Origin: Octopus vulgaris
Taxonomy: Eukaryota
Assembly: GCA_951406725.2 (NCBI GenBank)
Contig: OX597823.1
Coordinates: 53,506,001-53,570,000 of the forward strand
Length of the DNA: 64,000 nt
Direction: 5' to 3'
A program made the translations under genes and the position numbers. Below, piece after piece: positions 15,000 through 27,641 of this stretch. Position 1 is the first letter of the stretch, and every line of letters begins with the position of its first letter. Under the pieces are notes generated by a model. The model did not search any database and was not told the DNA's origin. It saw only the letters and a list, made by a program, of their open reading frames with translations.

Positions 15000-15935
15000 T
15001 AAGGCGGTGAGCTGGCAGAATCGTTAGCACGCCGGGCGATAATGCTTAACGGTATTTTGTCTGCCGTTACGTTCTGAGTTCAAATTCCGCCGAGGTAGAC
15101 TTTGCCTTTCATCCTTTCGGGATCGATAAATTAAACACCAGTTTGCACAGGGGTGATGTAATCGACTTAATCCGTTCGTCTGTCCTTGTTTGTCCCCTCT
15201 GTGTTTAGCCCCTTGTGGGTAGTAAAGAAATACGTTTTCGTCTGCCGCTACGTTCTGAGTTCAAATTCCGCCGGTGTCGACTTTGCTTTTCATCCTTTCG
15301 GGGTCGATAAATTGAGTACCAGTGAAATTTTGGGTATCGATGTCATCGATTCATCCCCACTCCCAAAATGACTGCTCTTGTAGCAAAATTTGAAACTATT
15401 ATCATTATCCTTATTATATTATGTAAGGCGGCGAGCTGACAGAATCGTTAATACGCTGGCGAAAATGCATAGTGGTAATTTGCCTGTTCTCACGTTTTGG
15501 GTTCGAATTCCGCCGGGGTCAACTCTGCCTTTTATCCTTTCGGGGTCGATAAAAATAAGTGCCAGTTGAACACTGGAGTTGATGCAATCGACTGATCTCA
15601 CCAAATTTCAGGCATTGTGCCTTTAGTAGAAATAGTAATTATTATCATTATTATTAAGGCGGTACGCTAGTAGAATCGTTACCTCACCGGACAAACTTGC
15701 TTAGCGGTATTTCAACCGTCGATTTCGTCTGGATCGGCCATGCCTTTCATCCTTTCAGGGTCGATAAATTAAGCACGAGTTGAACACTGAGGCTGATGTA
15801 ATCGACTCATCCCTTACCCCAAAATTTGCTGGCCTTGTGCCAAAATTTGAAACCATCATTATTATTATTATTTTTATTAAGGCGGTGCGCTAGTACAATC
15901 GGTACAGCACCCGTCAAAATGCTTAGCAGTATCTC
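15000..15935 (+). mobile_element. Head-to-tail array of ~5 family B SINEs separated by (ATT)n
   Basis: Units start near 15000, 15232 (5' truncated), 15424, 15656, 15878 (head only); the longer units carry gcctttcatcctttcggggtcgataaa. Confidence 0.9.
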
Positions 15936-15958
15936 GATGTGGAGAAAGAAAGAGGATA

Positions 15959-16053
<95 letters not shown>

Positions 16054-16450
16054 TAAACACATTAACACACTCACACACACACACACACACTCACACATGA
16101 GGAAAGAGAAACAGTATAGGATGGTACAATTAGGACATCAGACAAAATAGTTTGTGTTATTTGGTAAGGTTCTGAGTTCGAATTCCACCGAGATTGAGAT
16201 TCTCTTTCTTTTGTCTGAGATCGAAGAGTCAATATAATTGAAAAGAACGATTGAAGGCGGTGCAGTGCCCCAACATGGTTGCCACCCAATGACTGAACTC
16301 AAATAAATAAGTAAAATAATACATGCATAACCTTTTAAACCTTGCTTTGCTTTCATTCTGCTTTTGTCTCCCTTGTGTTTCTTAATCTTCCTCGCCATTT
16401 TAATTCTACGTTTTACTATTTTTGCCTGCTTATACTGTATATGTGTTTGT

Positions 16451-16491
<41 letters not shown>

Positions 16492-16573
16492 CGGGAGTGT
16501 AGGTATTATATATATATATATACATATATATGTCCATGTATATGTATTATATCTAGGTTTCTCTGTCCCCCTT

Positions 16574-16617
<44 letters not shown>

Positions 16618-16624
16618 AATATAT

Positions 16625-16710
16625 CTTCCCTTCTTTCCTGAGCGTCCAATAATACTTTATTTGTTCCACGTCCTCGCGTTGCTGTATTTTTTGTGTTTTC
16701 TTGTTTGGAT

Positions 16711-16715
<5 letters not shown>
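16625..16715 (+). mobile_element. Family E dispersed repeat fragment (Penelope-pLTR-like)
   Basis: cttctttcctgagcgtccaataatac...gttccacgtcctcgcgttg...tgtttggattaact near-identical to 36225-36315. Confidence 0.75.
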
Positions 16716-16786
<71 letters not shown>

Positions 16787-16903
16787 GCGCCAAATCAGCT
16801 TTCATTCTTAATCTTTCTAACATAACATCCTTTCAACACTGCTTTTCTCTTCATTTAACAGAGAACAGATAATTTTGAAGTTATGTGTGCGCGTGTACAT
16901 ACA

Positions 16904-16960
<57 letters not shown>

Positions 16961-17389
16961 TTTTACAAGGATTTCTTCTTTCAATACTTGCTACCTGTCA
17001 TAATGTATCATTTTATTCAAAATACACACACACACACACACATGCGTAAACCTACGCCGTAGACATACAAACACGACAAGTTTGACCATTTCTCCGTAAA
17101 TGGAAAAAAAAAAGAGGATGACCAGCCTTTATCTCTTTTCGAAAGTAACTGTCTGCTCTTGAGAGGTGTCTATTTATATGCATACCAAATCCACTAGCTT
17201 CAGAGAAACAGGGCTACTAATTTTCATATTATAAGCATTTAACATCTTATTTATCATCAGCGGCCGGTCAACGGGGATCTCAGACCCCACACTCAACACA
17301 CACACATATAAACATACATACAGGCATACGGACAGACAGACAGGCAGACAGACATGCTTGCATACACACATATATACATATGTTAATAT

Positions 17390-17932
17390 ATACGGATGTT
17401 AACATAAACCTGAAGATCAGTGAAAAAGAAAATACCTATGCTGAACTATTAAGAAATCTGCAGTTATTCTATCCAGATTGCAAGTTCAGGTTTATACCTG
17501 TAATTATTGGTGCCCTGCGATATGTAACACACTGCCTAAATACCAATCTTGAGAAATTAGGCTTCTCAAAGCCAGGAAGGAGAAAGCTAATTCGAAGACT
17601 ACAGATCCAATCTATCACTGGAACTGTTAAAAATCTGTATAACTTACCAGTTTATCATTTAAACATATATGAACAAGTCTAAATATGAAACTATATGCAT
17701 GAGAATACATACATAAAGCAAAACATACAAATCTGCATACATACATACATACATACATACATACATACATACATACATACATGCATACATACATACATAC
17801 ATACATAGTTACATAATACAAAAATACCGTGTTGTTGGTGTTGAAATTCCAATGAAGGGGCCTTGGATCTAGGTTAGAAACCGGTTCTTTCGCTATTGAC
17901 AAGAAATCCTAAAATAAACTGAACAATGACAC
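17390..17932 (+). mobile_element. 5'-truncated RLE non-LTR retrotransposon 3' end (ORF C-terminus + 3' UTR)
   Basis: DVNINLKISEKENTYAELLRNLQLFYPDCKFRFIPVIIGAL...LEKLGF...LQIQSITGTVK; homologous to the 6350-6620 and 22025-22358 translations. Confidence 0.85.
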
Positions 17933-17949
17933 ATACCATTCTCGTTCTC

Positions 17950-17984
17950 CTTTCCGATGAAGAGCTATGCTCAAAACCTCAAAC
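17950..17984 (+). ncRNA. Degenerate minimal HHR motif, family E
   Basis: cttt CCGATGA agagc tat gctc AAAA cc TC aaac; core mutated. Confidence 0.35.
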
Positions 17985-18029
17985 TCTCTCTCGTTTTACA
18001 AGCATAAACAGTAACAAGCATTAACACAC

Positions 18030-18250
18030 TGAGTTAATGATATAGCCTCTGGTTGATCCTCCAATCTGCTAGAAATAACAGTCAAATCTCCCTCAAATCG
18101 CTCCTTGCTGTTTAAGAAAGGGGACACATTGGGTAATACTGTACAGAGGACATTACTCCTGAAGAAAAAAAATCCAAGATGGCTAAAGATTTTTAATGGC
18201 CTTTACCTTACTGTTTACTCGAGCAGGGCTGAACTTGGGCGAAATATTAA
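18030..18250 (+). mobile_element. Old short retroposon family F
   Basis: ctgctagaaataacagtcaaatctccctcaaatc and gggctgaacttggg shared with 42210-42385; related pieces near 23145, 29410 (-) and 53780 (-). Confidence 0.55.
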
Positions 18251-19604
18251 CGACGTCGACGACGATGACGACGACGGCAAGCATGAATGCCTTCAAATCC
18301 CATTTAACCATTCCTCTTATATAAATAAACCGCACTGGCATATCTCAGGTTTGATTGAGGGGTCGGGGGGAAAATAAATGTAAAATAAAAAAATCAGAAG
18401 TGGGTGAGGAGCGCGAAGGGCAGGGCTGGAGGCGTAAATTGCAAAAGTCGGACAAATGGACAGACGGACAAGCAGACAGACAAACAGACAGCCGGACAGA
18501 CAGACAGACAGACAGGCAGACAGACGGAAGGACAAACGGACAGACAGACAGACGGACGGACGGACGGGCAGATAGACTGAAGGACGAACAGACAGACAAA
18601 TAGTCAGACGGACAGACTATTGCCACTTTACACTATTGATTAATAACAGTGGTAGCAGTAGTGGTAGTAGTCGTGATTTTCCCATACCCCACACTTTAAT
18701 ACCACCACCACCACCACCACCACTGTCACCATCACCGTCACCATCATCTACCCCCCCCCCCACCTTACCCCCTTTGCTGTCTGTGCCTGACCAACGTCCA
18801 GCCCCACACCGCCACACCACTATCTGTCCTAGACATACTCCCATACTGCGCCACCACACCCCACTTCTAAACAGACAGACAGACTGGACACTGGACTAAG
18901 CAAGGCCCAGTTGTAATCAGGATTGCACTGTAAGCGGAAATCCACATAGCTTTGACCAAGAAATAGTATGAGGAGTGAGGGAAAGACAGAAAGACAGAGA
19001 GAGAGGGAAAGAGAGGGAGAGTAAGAAGGAGGACGAAAATAAAGAATTGAGAGAGAGAGAGAGAGAGAGAGACGGAGGACAGAAAGAAGGACAGATAAGA
19101 AAAGAAAAGGAAACCAGAGAGAGAGAGGGAGAGAGAGAGAGAGAGAGACATCTCTGTGAGATGGAAGGTGAGACAAAGAGCATGGTGACTTTAGGCTTTT
19201 TTTATGGTCGAATTAGTGATGGTGAGGGTGATGGTGATGGTGAGGGTGATGGTCGATGGGGGCTATTGCAGGCGAGAGATGATGATGGCTAGGTGGTCAG
19301 TGAATAACAATAAATAAATAAATAAATAAATACATTTGGAAAGGGTGACAGAGAGTGGCGGAGGGAGGGTGGGTGGAGAGGCGAAAGTATAGGAGGAACG
19401 TGGGGGGGTACATGAATGAAGACGACTAAGGAAGCAAGAGGGGGTGTAGAAATGTATTAAGGGGGGACAGAGGTGGGAGGTCAGGGAGACAAGAATAGAC
19501 AGATATACTACAGTCAGTCAGGCAGGCAGGCAGTTTAAGGCTGCCAAGCCCGGCGAAGTGACTCTTGAACACATACAAATGCAGGGACTCACATATTCAT
19601 ACAG

Positions 19605-20533
19605 CCGTATGCATGTATGTATGTATGTATGTATGTATGTATGTATGTATGTATGTATGTATGTGTGTGTGTATGTATGTATGTATGTATGTATGTATGT
19701 ATGAATGTATGTGTGTATGTGTATGTGTATGTATGTATGTATGCATGTATGTGTGCATGTGTATATCTATGTGTGTATGTATGTGTATGTATGCATGCAT
19801 GTATGTGTATATGAATGCATGTATGTGTGTATGTATGTATGTATGCATGCATGTATGTATTATGTATGTATGTATGTGTATATGAATGCATGTATGTATG
19901 TATGTATGTATGTATGTATGTATATGTATGTATGCATGTATGTGTATATGAATGCATGTATGTGTGTACGTATGTATGTATGTATGTATGTATGTATGTA
20001 TGTATGTATGTATGTATGTATGTGTATGCACGCATGTGTGTATGAGCATATGTATGTGTGTATGTATGTGTGTATGTATGTATGTATGTATGTATGCATG
20101 TATGAATGTATGTATGTGTGTATGTGTGTATTATGTATGCATCTGTGAATAAGTGTATGCTTGTATTTGTGTATGCATGTGTGTATGTGTATCTGTATGT
20201 GTGTATGTATGTATGTATGTATGCATGCATGTATGAATGTATGTATGTGTGTATGTATGTATGCATGTATGTGTGCATGCATGTGTGTGTATGTGTGTAT
20301 GCATGTGTGTATGTATGTATGTATGTATGTATGTATGCATGAATGAATTATGTGTGTATGTATGAATGCATGTATGTGTGTATACATGTATGTGTGTATG
20401 CATGTGCGTGTATGTATGCATGTATGTGTGTATGTGTGTATGCATGTATGTATATCGGTATGTATGTTTGTACGTATGCATTTGTGTGAGTGTGTGTATG
20501 TATATGTACACCCGCACACATATTTACGTACGT

Positions 20534-20570
<37 letters not shown>
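19605..20570. repeat. ~1 kb degenerate (TATG)/(TGCA)/(TG) microsatellite
   Basis: Direct. Confidence 0.95.
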
Positions 20571-20572
<2 letters not shown>

Positions 20573-20830
20573 GCACACCCAAGAATCTAATTGTTCAAGA
20601 TAAAGCTCTTAGATATATCTATAAACACACGCACGCAAATATGCTCATCACACACACACACACACATACACACACACATATATGCATGTAGGCATGGAAC
20701 TGTGTATGTACACATATGTATAATTCATGCATATATGTATGTACAGGGGTACATGACGAAGTTATATGCAAAAGTAAAACTTAGGCATCTATCTCTGTAC
20801 ATATGTACGTAGGTCATACGTATATATATA

Positions 20831-21553
20831 GGTGGTAGGATCAATAAGTGTCCGGATGTTGCCATAGTAACGAAACTAAAGCACGTAGAGTGGAGCCGTT
20901 TGACACAGATTGATCTTGAATTCTGCTGTGCATGCGCACTAAGTTTTAACGTTCAAGCTCACTTCCGCTGTTAAAGTTGAGTAGAGAATCTGCATCAAAC
21001 TTTGCCAAAAGCTTGGCGATACCTGTTCAGAGGTCTACGCATAATTTTCAAAAAGTTTTCATCATTTTCGACACAATTAAGGAGATCTTGTGCAACTGAA
21101 ACCCGAGTGTCTTTTTCGTCAGCTGAAAGCAATTTTGGCACAAAATGGCAGACACGCATCTCATACCCAAATCTTCAATGATAATGGACTGAACTGAAAC
21201 TTAACTAATCTGCACATCTGATAACTTACAGAAGATGATTCCACGATTTCCCTTCACAGCTGTACGCACATCTGCGATGTTTTTCTCAGTTATTCCTGGC
21301 TGCGGATCTCCCAGAGCTTTCTGTAACTTTGCGTAGGCCTCTGAGCAGGTATCGGCATGACAACTTTCTCTGTCATGGTCAATGCTACAATCACACGCTA
21401 CACACCTTCCTTCCAAGCACTGCTGTAAACAGCAGAAATGAGCTAAAACATTAAAACTTAGTGTGCATGCACGGCAGGGTTCAAGCGACTTTACACTTCG
21501 TCTTTAGCTTCGTTACTATGGCAACAGTTCGGATACTTATTGATCCGACTTCG
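20831..21553. mobile_element. Non-autonomous mariner fold-back made of two facing 5' ends
   Basis: TIR ggatcaataagt(g/a)tccg..gttgccatagtaacgaa at both ends, TA flanks; + arm reads RICIKLCQKLGDTCSEVYA; - arm reads DTCSEAYAKLQK..TEKNIADVRTAV..EDLGMRCVSA..VPKLLSADEKDTRVSVAQDLL (mariner transposase N-terminus). Confidence 0.9.
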
Positions 21554-21640
21554 TACGTACAACAAACATATATAGGTGCGTGCATGCATACATACCTGCA
21601 ACCATATATACATATTATATATATATATATATTATATATA

Positions 21641-21683
<43 letters not shown>

Positions 21684-22024
21684 GTATGTATGTATGTATG
21701 TATGTATGTATGTATGCATGTATGTATGTATGTATGTATGTATGTATTACAGAAAATAAAGTAAATTGCGAACGCGGGGTAGAAGTTAAAACAGCCTAGA
21801 AAATTGGGTAAATACTCCTAGAAGATGGAAACAAGTTGCCAGCAGGCGGCTACAGAGAATTGAACCCCGTACTTCTCGCATGCATATACGCATGAATGTA
21901 TGGAACTGCACATATGTTTATGTGTGCAAGTATGAACGTCATTACGTGGGTGGATGTACCTTTAACTGATGCATATGAGCATACACATATGTTTGTATGC
22001 GCGTATGTTTATCCACTTACTTTT

Positions 22025-22358
22025 ATACACTAAGTTTCTGGAATGTTTCAAATATTATCACGGTTCCGTTAATGTCTTGTAACTCTAAATTCCTGGTAAG
22101 TTTTGTCGTTTCTGGTTTCGTGAAGCCCAACTTCCCAAGATTAGTGTTAAGACAGTTAGATAACTTTCTCAATAATTGCAGGTATAAATCTAAGGTTATC
22201 ATCCGTATGGAAGAACTGCAAACTTCTCATTTGCGTTTTCTTTTTCGTTAATCTTTAACATTAGCTTAATATCTACAGGGCAACCGAATTCCATGCTTTC
22301 ATTTCTCTATCCTAAATCATTATGTCTGGTTTATTATGCTCATAATTTTTACTGAACT
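22025..22358 (-). mobile_element. RLE non-LTR retrotransposon endonuclease fragment
   Basis: Minus translation HN-KPDIMI*DREMK..EFGCPVDIKLMLKINEKEN..RFIPAII..LNTNLGKLGFTKPE..GTVIIFETFQKL*; begins next to a catacata repeat. Confidence 0.85.
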
Positions 22359-22946
22359 GTATGTATGAATGCATGATGAATATATATGTATGAATTTATG
22401 CATGTACACAAGCACTAAGAGAGAGAGAGAGAGAGAGATACAACAGACAAAGCGTAGATAAAAATTAGTTTCTTTTACGCTGAGTTGCCATACAGTTGTT
22501 AATCACACTTAGAATGATATTCCGTCACCATCCTAAGAATGATAACCGCTAGCAAATCTCAAGTACATAAAGACAATGATACCGAAGTATCGTCGTCAGC
22601 AACTGCCCCCAAAATGTCATCAATATCCTGCTCACCTTACTACAAGGCATGGTATAATTGCTATATGCTCTTATTTGGCAGCAATTAATTTGGCCTACCC
22701 TCCACAGCTAAATGTCACAGCCGTTTCTTTTGGCTCCTTTTCTCTTACTTTTTTCTTTCCCCCCCCCCTCATGTTTCGTCTTACTTTATCAATTTACCTC
22801 TGTCTTTCATTCTGATTGTCTTTCTCCTTTTGTTACTCTCTTACTCTATCTCTCATTGCATCTTACGGTCTATCACTCCCCCTCTCTTCCCCCCTCTCTC
22901 TCTCTCTCTCCCTCTCTTTCCATGTATAGCTAGCTAGCTAGCTAGC

Positions 22947-23015
<69 letters not shown>

Positions 23016-23257
23016 CATGGATATACTATTTCTTATCATAGATCTGTTCGGCCACAACTACTGATCTGAGCCTATATAACAACAACAGCAGTATGTATTT
23101 TTAACAACCAATACACTGACTAACGAAATTTCCAAAGCGTCACGTAACCAGCAAGAAATAGCAGAAGTCAATGCTCCCCCAGATCGCAGCCAGCATCTTG
23201 AAAGAAAAATTGTTTAGAGACATCTTGTAATGTATTAATTAATGTTACTGGACGAAT

Positions 23258-23660
23258 AGGATGGCGAGCTGGCAGAATCATTAGCACACTGCGCAAAATG
23301 CTTAGAAGTATTTCGTTGGTCTTTGAGTTCTGAGTTCAATGCCTTTCATCCTTTCGGGGTCGATCAAATAAGTACCAACTGATTACTGGGGGTCGATGTA
23401 ATCAACTTACCCCTCCCCCAAAATTGATGGCCTTGGACCAGAATTTGAAACCAATGTTACCGGACATGAAGGTGGCGGTCCCGGAAATGCTTAACGGCAT
23501 TCATTTTGGCTCTTTACATTTCGAGTTCGAATTTCGCCGAGGTCGAATTTAACTTTCTTCCTTTCGAGTTCAGTAAAATAAAGTACTAGTTCAGCATTGG
23601 GGAGGGACGTAATCGGTTTTTCCCTTCTCTCAAAACTGTTGGCTTTGAGCCAAAAGAATT
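23258..23660 (+). mobile_element. Two tandem family B SINEs with repeated target site
   Basis: Copies 23258-23452 and 23468-23660; aatgttac(t/c)ggac at 23241 and 23453, degenerate at 23668. Confidence 0.8.
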
Positions 23661-23991
23661 AGGAAGAAATATTATTGGACATGCAAAAGAGTTGTAACGA
23701 CCACTGATAGAACATCCTTTATCAAAGATCTGCGCAATCAGAAGTTGATCGGCAATCTTTCGATATTGGTACACGGCATCATTCGCACATACACACACAC
23801 AACCTTCCTTCATAACATAAGCTGAAAAACAGGAAGAATGACGTAGTCTCCTCACAATGATACTCTGTAAACCAATACCGAAGGAACCCCGAGTTTATCT
23901 GTGGGCTAAACAACAACAACTACTGCTACTACTACTACTACCAATACACAACTACCACTCCAGCCTACACTCCGTAGCCCACACTGTATGC

Positions 23992-24029
<38 letters not shown>

Positions 24030-24122
24030 CCACCACCAACTCCATAATCATAAACCAGACCTCTATGATTATCACTTATGAGCTTTCATATCACCATTAC
24101 AAGAGCAACGGCAACATCTGTG

Positions 24123-24170
<48 letters not shown>

Positions 24171-24965
24171 AGGGGCTGTCGCCGGTGTGGTAAAAATGGC
24201 GATGGTCATAGCAATGACCTTCGGGTGGAGTAATGTTTTGCAGCTGCTGATAGTGGTGGTGGCGGAGGTGGAGGTAGTGGTGGTGGTGGTGATGACGGTG
24301 ACCAGCGAGATTACCATGCTAATGCTGATTACGGTGAAAGGAAGAGGAAGCTAAACGCTAATGGTGGAGGAGCGGGGTGTGTGTGTGTGTGTGTGGCAGG
24401 AGGGGAGGGGAGGGGATGGCTGCGGCGGCAAAAAAAACAACAAAAACAACAACAACAACAACAGCAGTGGTAGTAGTAGTAGCAGCGGTGGCGGCAGCGG
24501 TGATGGTAGTGGTGGCGGCGGCAGCTTTCAGTGGGCTAGGCTATGGTCATTCAGGCAAAAACAGTGCAATACGACATCAAAACGCGGTGCATACATGCAT
24601 GCAGCATGCTTGCTGACATCATAGACGCATCATTTCGGCCTCATGTTTATAATTCTACTAAAACTTGACATCTCTATCTTGGCCGCTTGCACAAAGAAAC
24701 GAATTTTTGTCCATAAATACGCAAGGTAGTAGTAGTAGTAGTAGTAGTAGTAGCAGTAGCAGTAGTAGTAGTAGTAGTAGTAGTAGTTACCGTTTTTGTT
24801 GTTGTTGTTGTTGTTGTTATTGCAACTGCAATAATTTGAACTGGCTGCATTCGTAGTAGCAGCAGCAAGCAAGCAAGCAAAGAAATCCACGGCCACCACC
24901 AACACCAACACCACCACCACCACCACCCTAACAACAACAATGGCACTAACTAAGCGCACCACCAT

Positions 24966-25021
<56 letters not shown>

Positions 25022-25489
25022 TTACCACTACTGTTACCATCAATATTTACGCACTATTTACTGTACCCACCCTGAAATGACCAATCCCCACCACCATATT
25101 CACAATGAGAAAAAAAGTTCCCTCCATCCAACACCACTGCCACCATTATCTCCGACAACATTAACTGCTCTTACTACTACTACTACTATTACTACTACTA
25201 CTACCACTACTACTAGTACTGCTGCTGCTGCTATATGCTATCACTATCTCGAGCAAGTAACTTGTTTACTAACACTAACTTTTATAAACAAATGTATTTT
25301 ATTTGGGGAAAACTGGTGATTAATACGTTAATATATTGCTTCTGAATTTTGTATTGAGCGTTTCTCAACCATTATCTTTTACCTATGGTCCCCTTTTTTT
25401 CCTATTTGACTCGAATCAATCCTCACAGCCTTTAGATGTTGTTTTTTTTATTAAAAAAAAAACCCTAAAATGTTTTCATAATTGACAAC

Positions 25490-25668
25490 TAATGGTTGTG
25501 TGTTTGCGTCCCCGTAAATTAGCGGTTCGGCAAAAGAGACCGATAGAATAAGTGCTAGGCTTCAAAAAAATAACAAGTCCTAGGGTCGATTTGTTCGACT
25601 AAAACCCTTCAAGGCGATTCGCCCAGCATGACCGCAGACAAATGACTAAGACAAGTAAAAGATAAAAG
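25490..25668 (+). mobile_element. SINE family A 3' half, CpGs retained
   Basis: gtccccgtaaattagcggttcggcaaaagagaccgatagaataag...acaagtaaaaga. Confidence 0.85.
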
Positions 25669-25884
25669 TCGAATCATTCCTACGTATTTTACTGGTACTA
25701 ATTCAAGGTAATTGACCCGAACGAGATTTGAACAAAAAAAATGTACCTTGGTAGTTCAGGTAGTTCAATATTTTACCCTTCCTGCAAATTCATTGTCTCT
25801 AACAAAACAAAAATCTTCACAACAATTATTTCTTTTATTATTACCACTACAGTCCTTTCATACATACCATTAAAATGCTATACA

Positions 25885-25930
25885 TGGGAGCATGCGCAGT
25901 AACAGCGCGTTGCTGCATCCGCCATTTGTG
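25885..25930. promoter_or_regulatory. Candidate CpG-rich promoter core (NRF1-like + YY1-like)
   Basis: gcatgcgcag (25890-25899) and ccgccatttg (25919-25928); motif-level evidence only. Confidence 0.3.
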
Positions 25931-26519
25931 GTGGGTGATATCTCTGCATCACTCAGGTGACAACCATCCAGCCCATGGGCCTGTTGGGTCAGTCATTGCT
26001 GGTGAAGATTTTGCGAAGTCGGAGGGTAAATCCTACCGCAACCTCTTTTAGTTGCATTTTAAGACGAGTTGAGAAAACTTTGGGCCTATGTTTTGGGTTT
26101 TTTTGTTTTTTTGTTTTTGGTATGTTGGTCCCCACACAGCACTTGAGCAACGTGAAATGAAGTATTTTGCTCAAGAGCACAACATGTCACCCGGTCGTGG
26201 AACCGAACAGATTATCTTGTTATAAGAAGAACAGCTATAATCTGTCTAACAGAGGGCTACAGATTTGATGATGGTACTAGCACACACACACACATACATA
26301 CATTTGTAGAAACATATTAACCTTAGTATACATAGATAACCTTTTTCTGAGTTTAAAACTAGAAAAAAAAAAGAATAAAGCATTCTCTGTAAAAGGAAAT
26401 GTGATTATGAGAATCTTGGTAAATGGTTTGACTAAACATTTGTTGGCTACCCAGTATTAGCCGGGACCCAGTATTGACAGAGATGCAAATATTTAATAAC
26501 AAAAAAAAAAGTTTTGCTC

Positions 26520-26830
26520 ACAAATTCTCAGGTACCACGGAGAAAAATTTGGTATCAGCGTAAAAATGAGAAGATTTGAGATGATAGAGTGATATAAATA
26601 TGGAACATGGCACTTCAGACAGACAGAAAGATTGGTCAACTGACCTAGCATAATCACAAAAACAAAACATGAACTATGATTGATGTGTCATGTCTGAGAG
26701 ACGAAAACATATCAATCATTTCGACTAAATGATTGTCTATCTATTAAAGATTTACTGATTGAAACTAGCGAGGATACGAGGTATGGACACATCAGCTAAC
26801 TCCAGAGATATGAGTTCTGGGATTAAAGAA
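26520..26830 (+). mobile_element. Highly decayed RLE retrotransposon fragment, second subfamily
   Basis: WYQRKNEKI..IWNMALQTDRKI..MIDVSCLRDENISI..KDLLIET resembles R4/Dong W.....TD..I..RPD...IDV....KY.DL..E. Confidence 0.65.
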
Positions 26831-26845
26831 TATAATATATTTTAA

Positions 26846-26888
<43 letters not shown>

Positions 26889-27054
26889 ATTATATTATTG
26901 TTTGTTATCTGTATGGGTGACTTGTCAGATTCGTTGGCCGGCGACACATAACCTCTCCACAACTAGAGACTACATATATACATACACATACAAGTGAGCA
27001 TATAGGTGGAAAATAAGGAGGAAAATATAGTTCTAACTAGTCTGAATTATCACA

Positions 27055-27092
27055 AATGTCTGATGAACGATTATGTGAAACTCTGAAGCTTT
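27055..27092 (+). ncRNA. Degenerate minimal HHR motif
   Basis: gt CTGATGA ac gattat gt GAAA ctc tga; stem III and stem I 3' strand disrupted. Confidence 0.35.
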
Positions 27093-27498
27093 TTTTGTTT
27101 TGTATCATTAATACACACACTCACACATATTTTTTTTGTGTGTGTGTTTGCTACATTATAATAAACATTTTACTAAAACTTCCTCCAGCGTTGAGTACCC
27201 AAATTATTTATAAGATTCTAAAAAGAAATACCACGGAAACATAACGTAAATACTTGCCTGATCCTACAGTTGGTGTTTTAATAATGTAGAAAGGCAAGAA
27301 ATTAATTAATATTTTATTTCTGAATCATTAAAAGATCAGGTCAGGCTTTTTTGTGTTCTGAGTTCAAATCCTGCTTGGACCAACTTGCCTTTTCATCCTT
27401 TCAGAGTCGATATATAAAACACCAATACAGACTGAGTTAGAAAGTGACGAGATCGTTAGTGTGTCGGACGAGATGCATTGTGGTGGCTGTTCCACTAA

Positions 27499-27641
27499 CA
27501 GGCATTGCTAGAGTGTGTGCCGCCCGAGGCAGCCCTTGAATTTTCACATCTCTCCAAACACGACGCCCCCACCTATACAGTAGGATCAACAGTCAAAGCG
27601 TCACCTGGGCCAGATTTCCTCCTCCTTCAGCTACGCTACTG
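27499..27641. mobile_element. Possible small DNA transposon inside a family B SINE
   Basis: Ends caggcattgctag / agctacgctactg (imperfect TIR); GC-rich; SINE sequence resumes after it. Confidence 0.35.

Noticed and set aside
15000-15935. tRNA gene cluster
   Set aside because: A/B boxes belong to SINE heads; no complete cloverleaf or terminator
21845-21890. tRNA-Ala-like sequence on minus strand
   Set aside because: Only the 3' half is present; probably a SINE head remnant
24072-25075. Low-complexity coding exon
   Set aside because: Frames tested from plausible acceptors hit stops; content is triplet repeat
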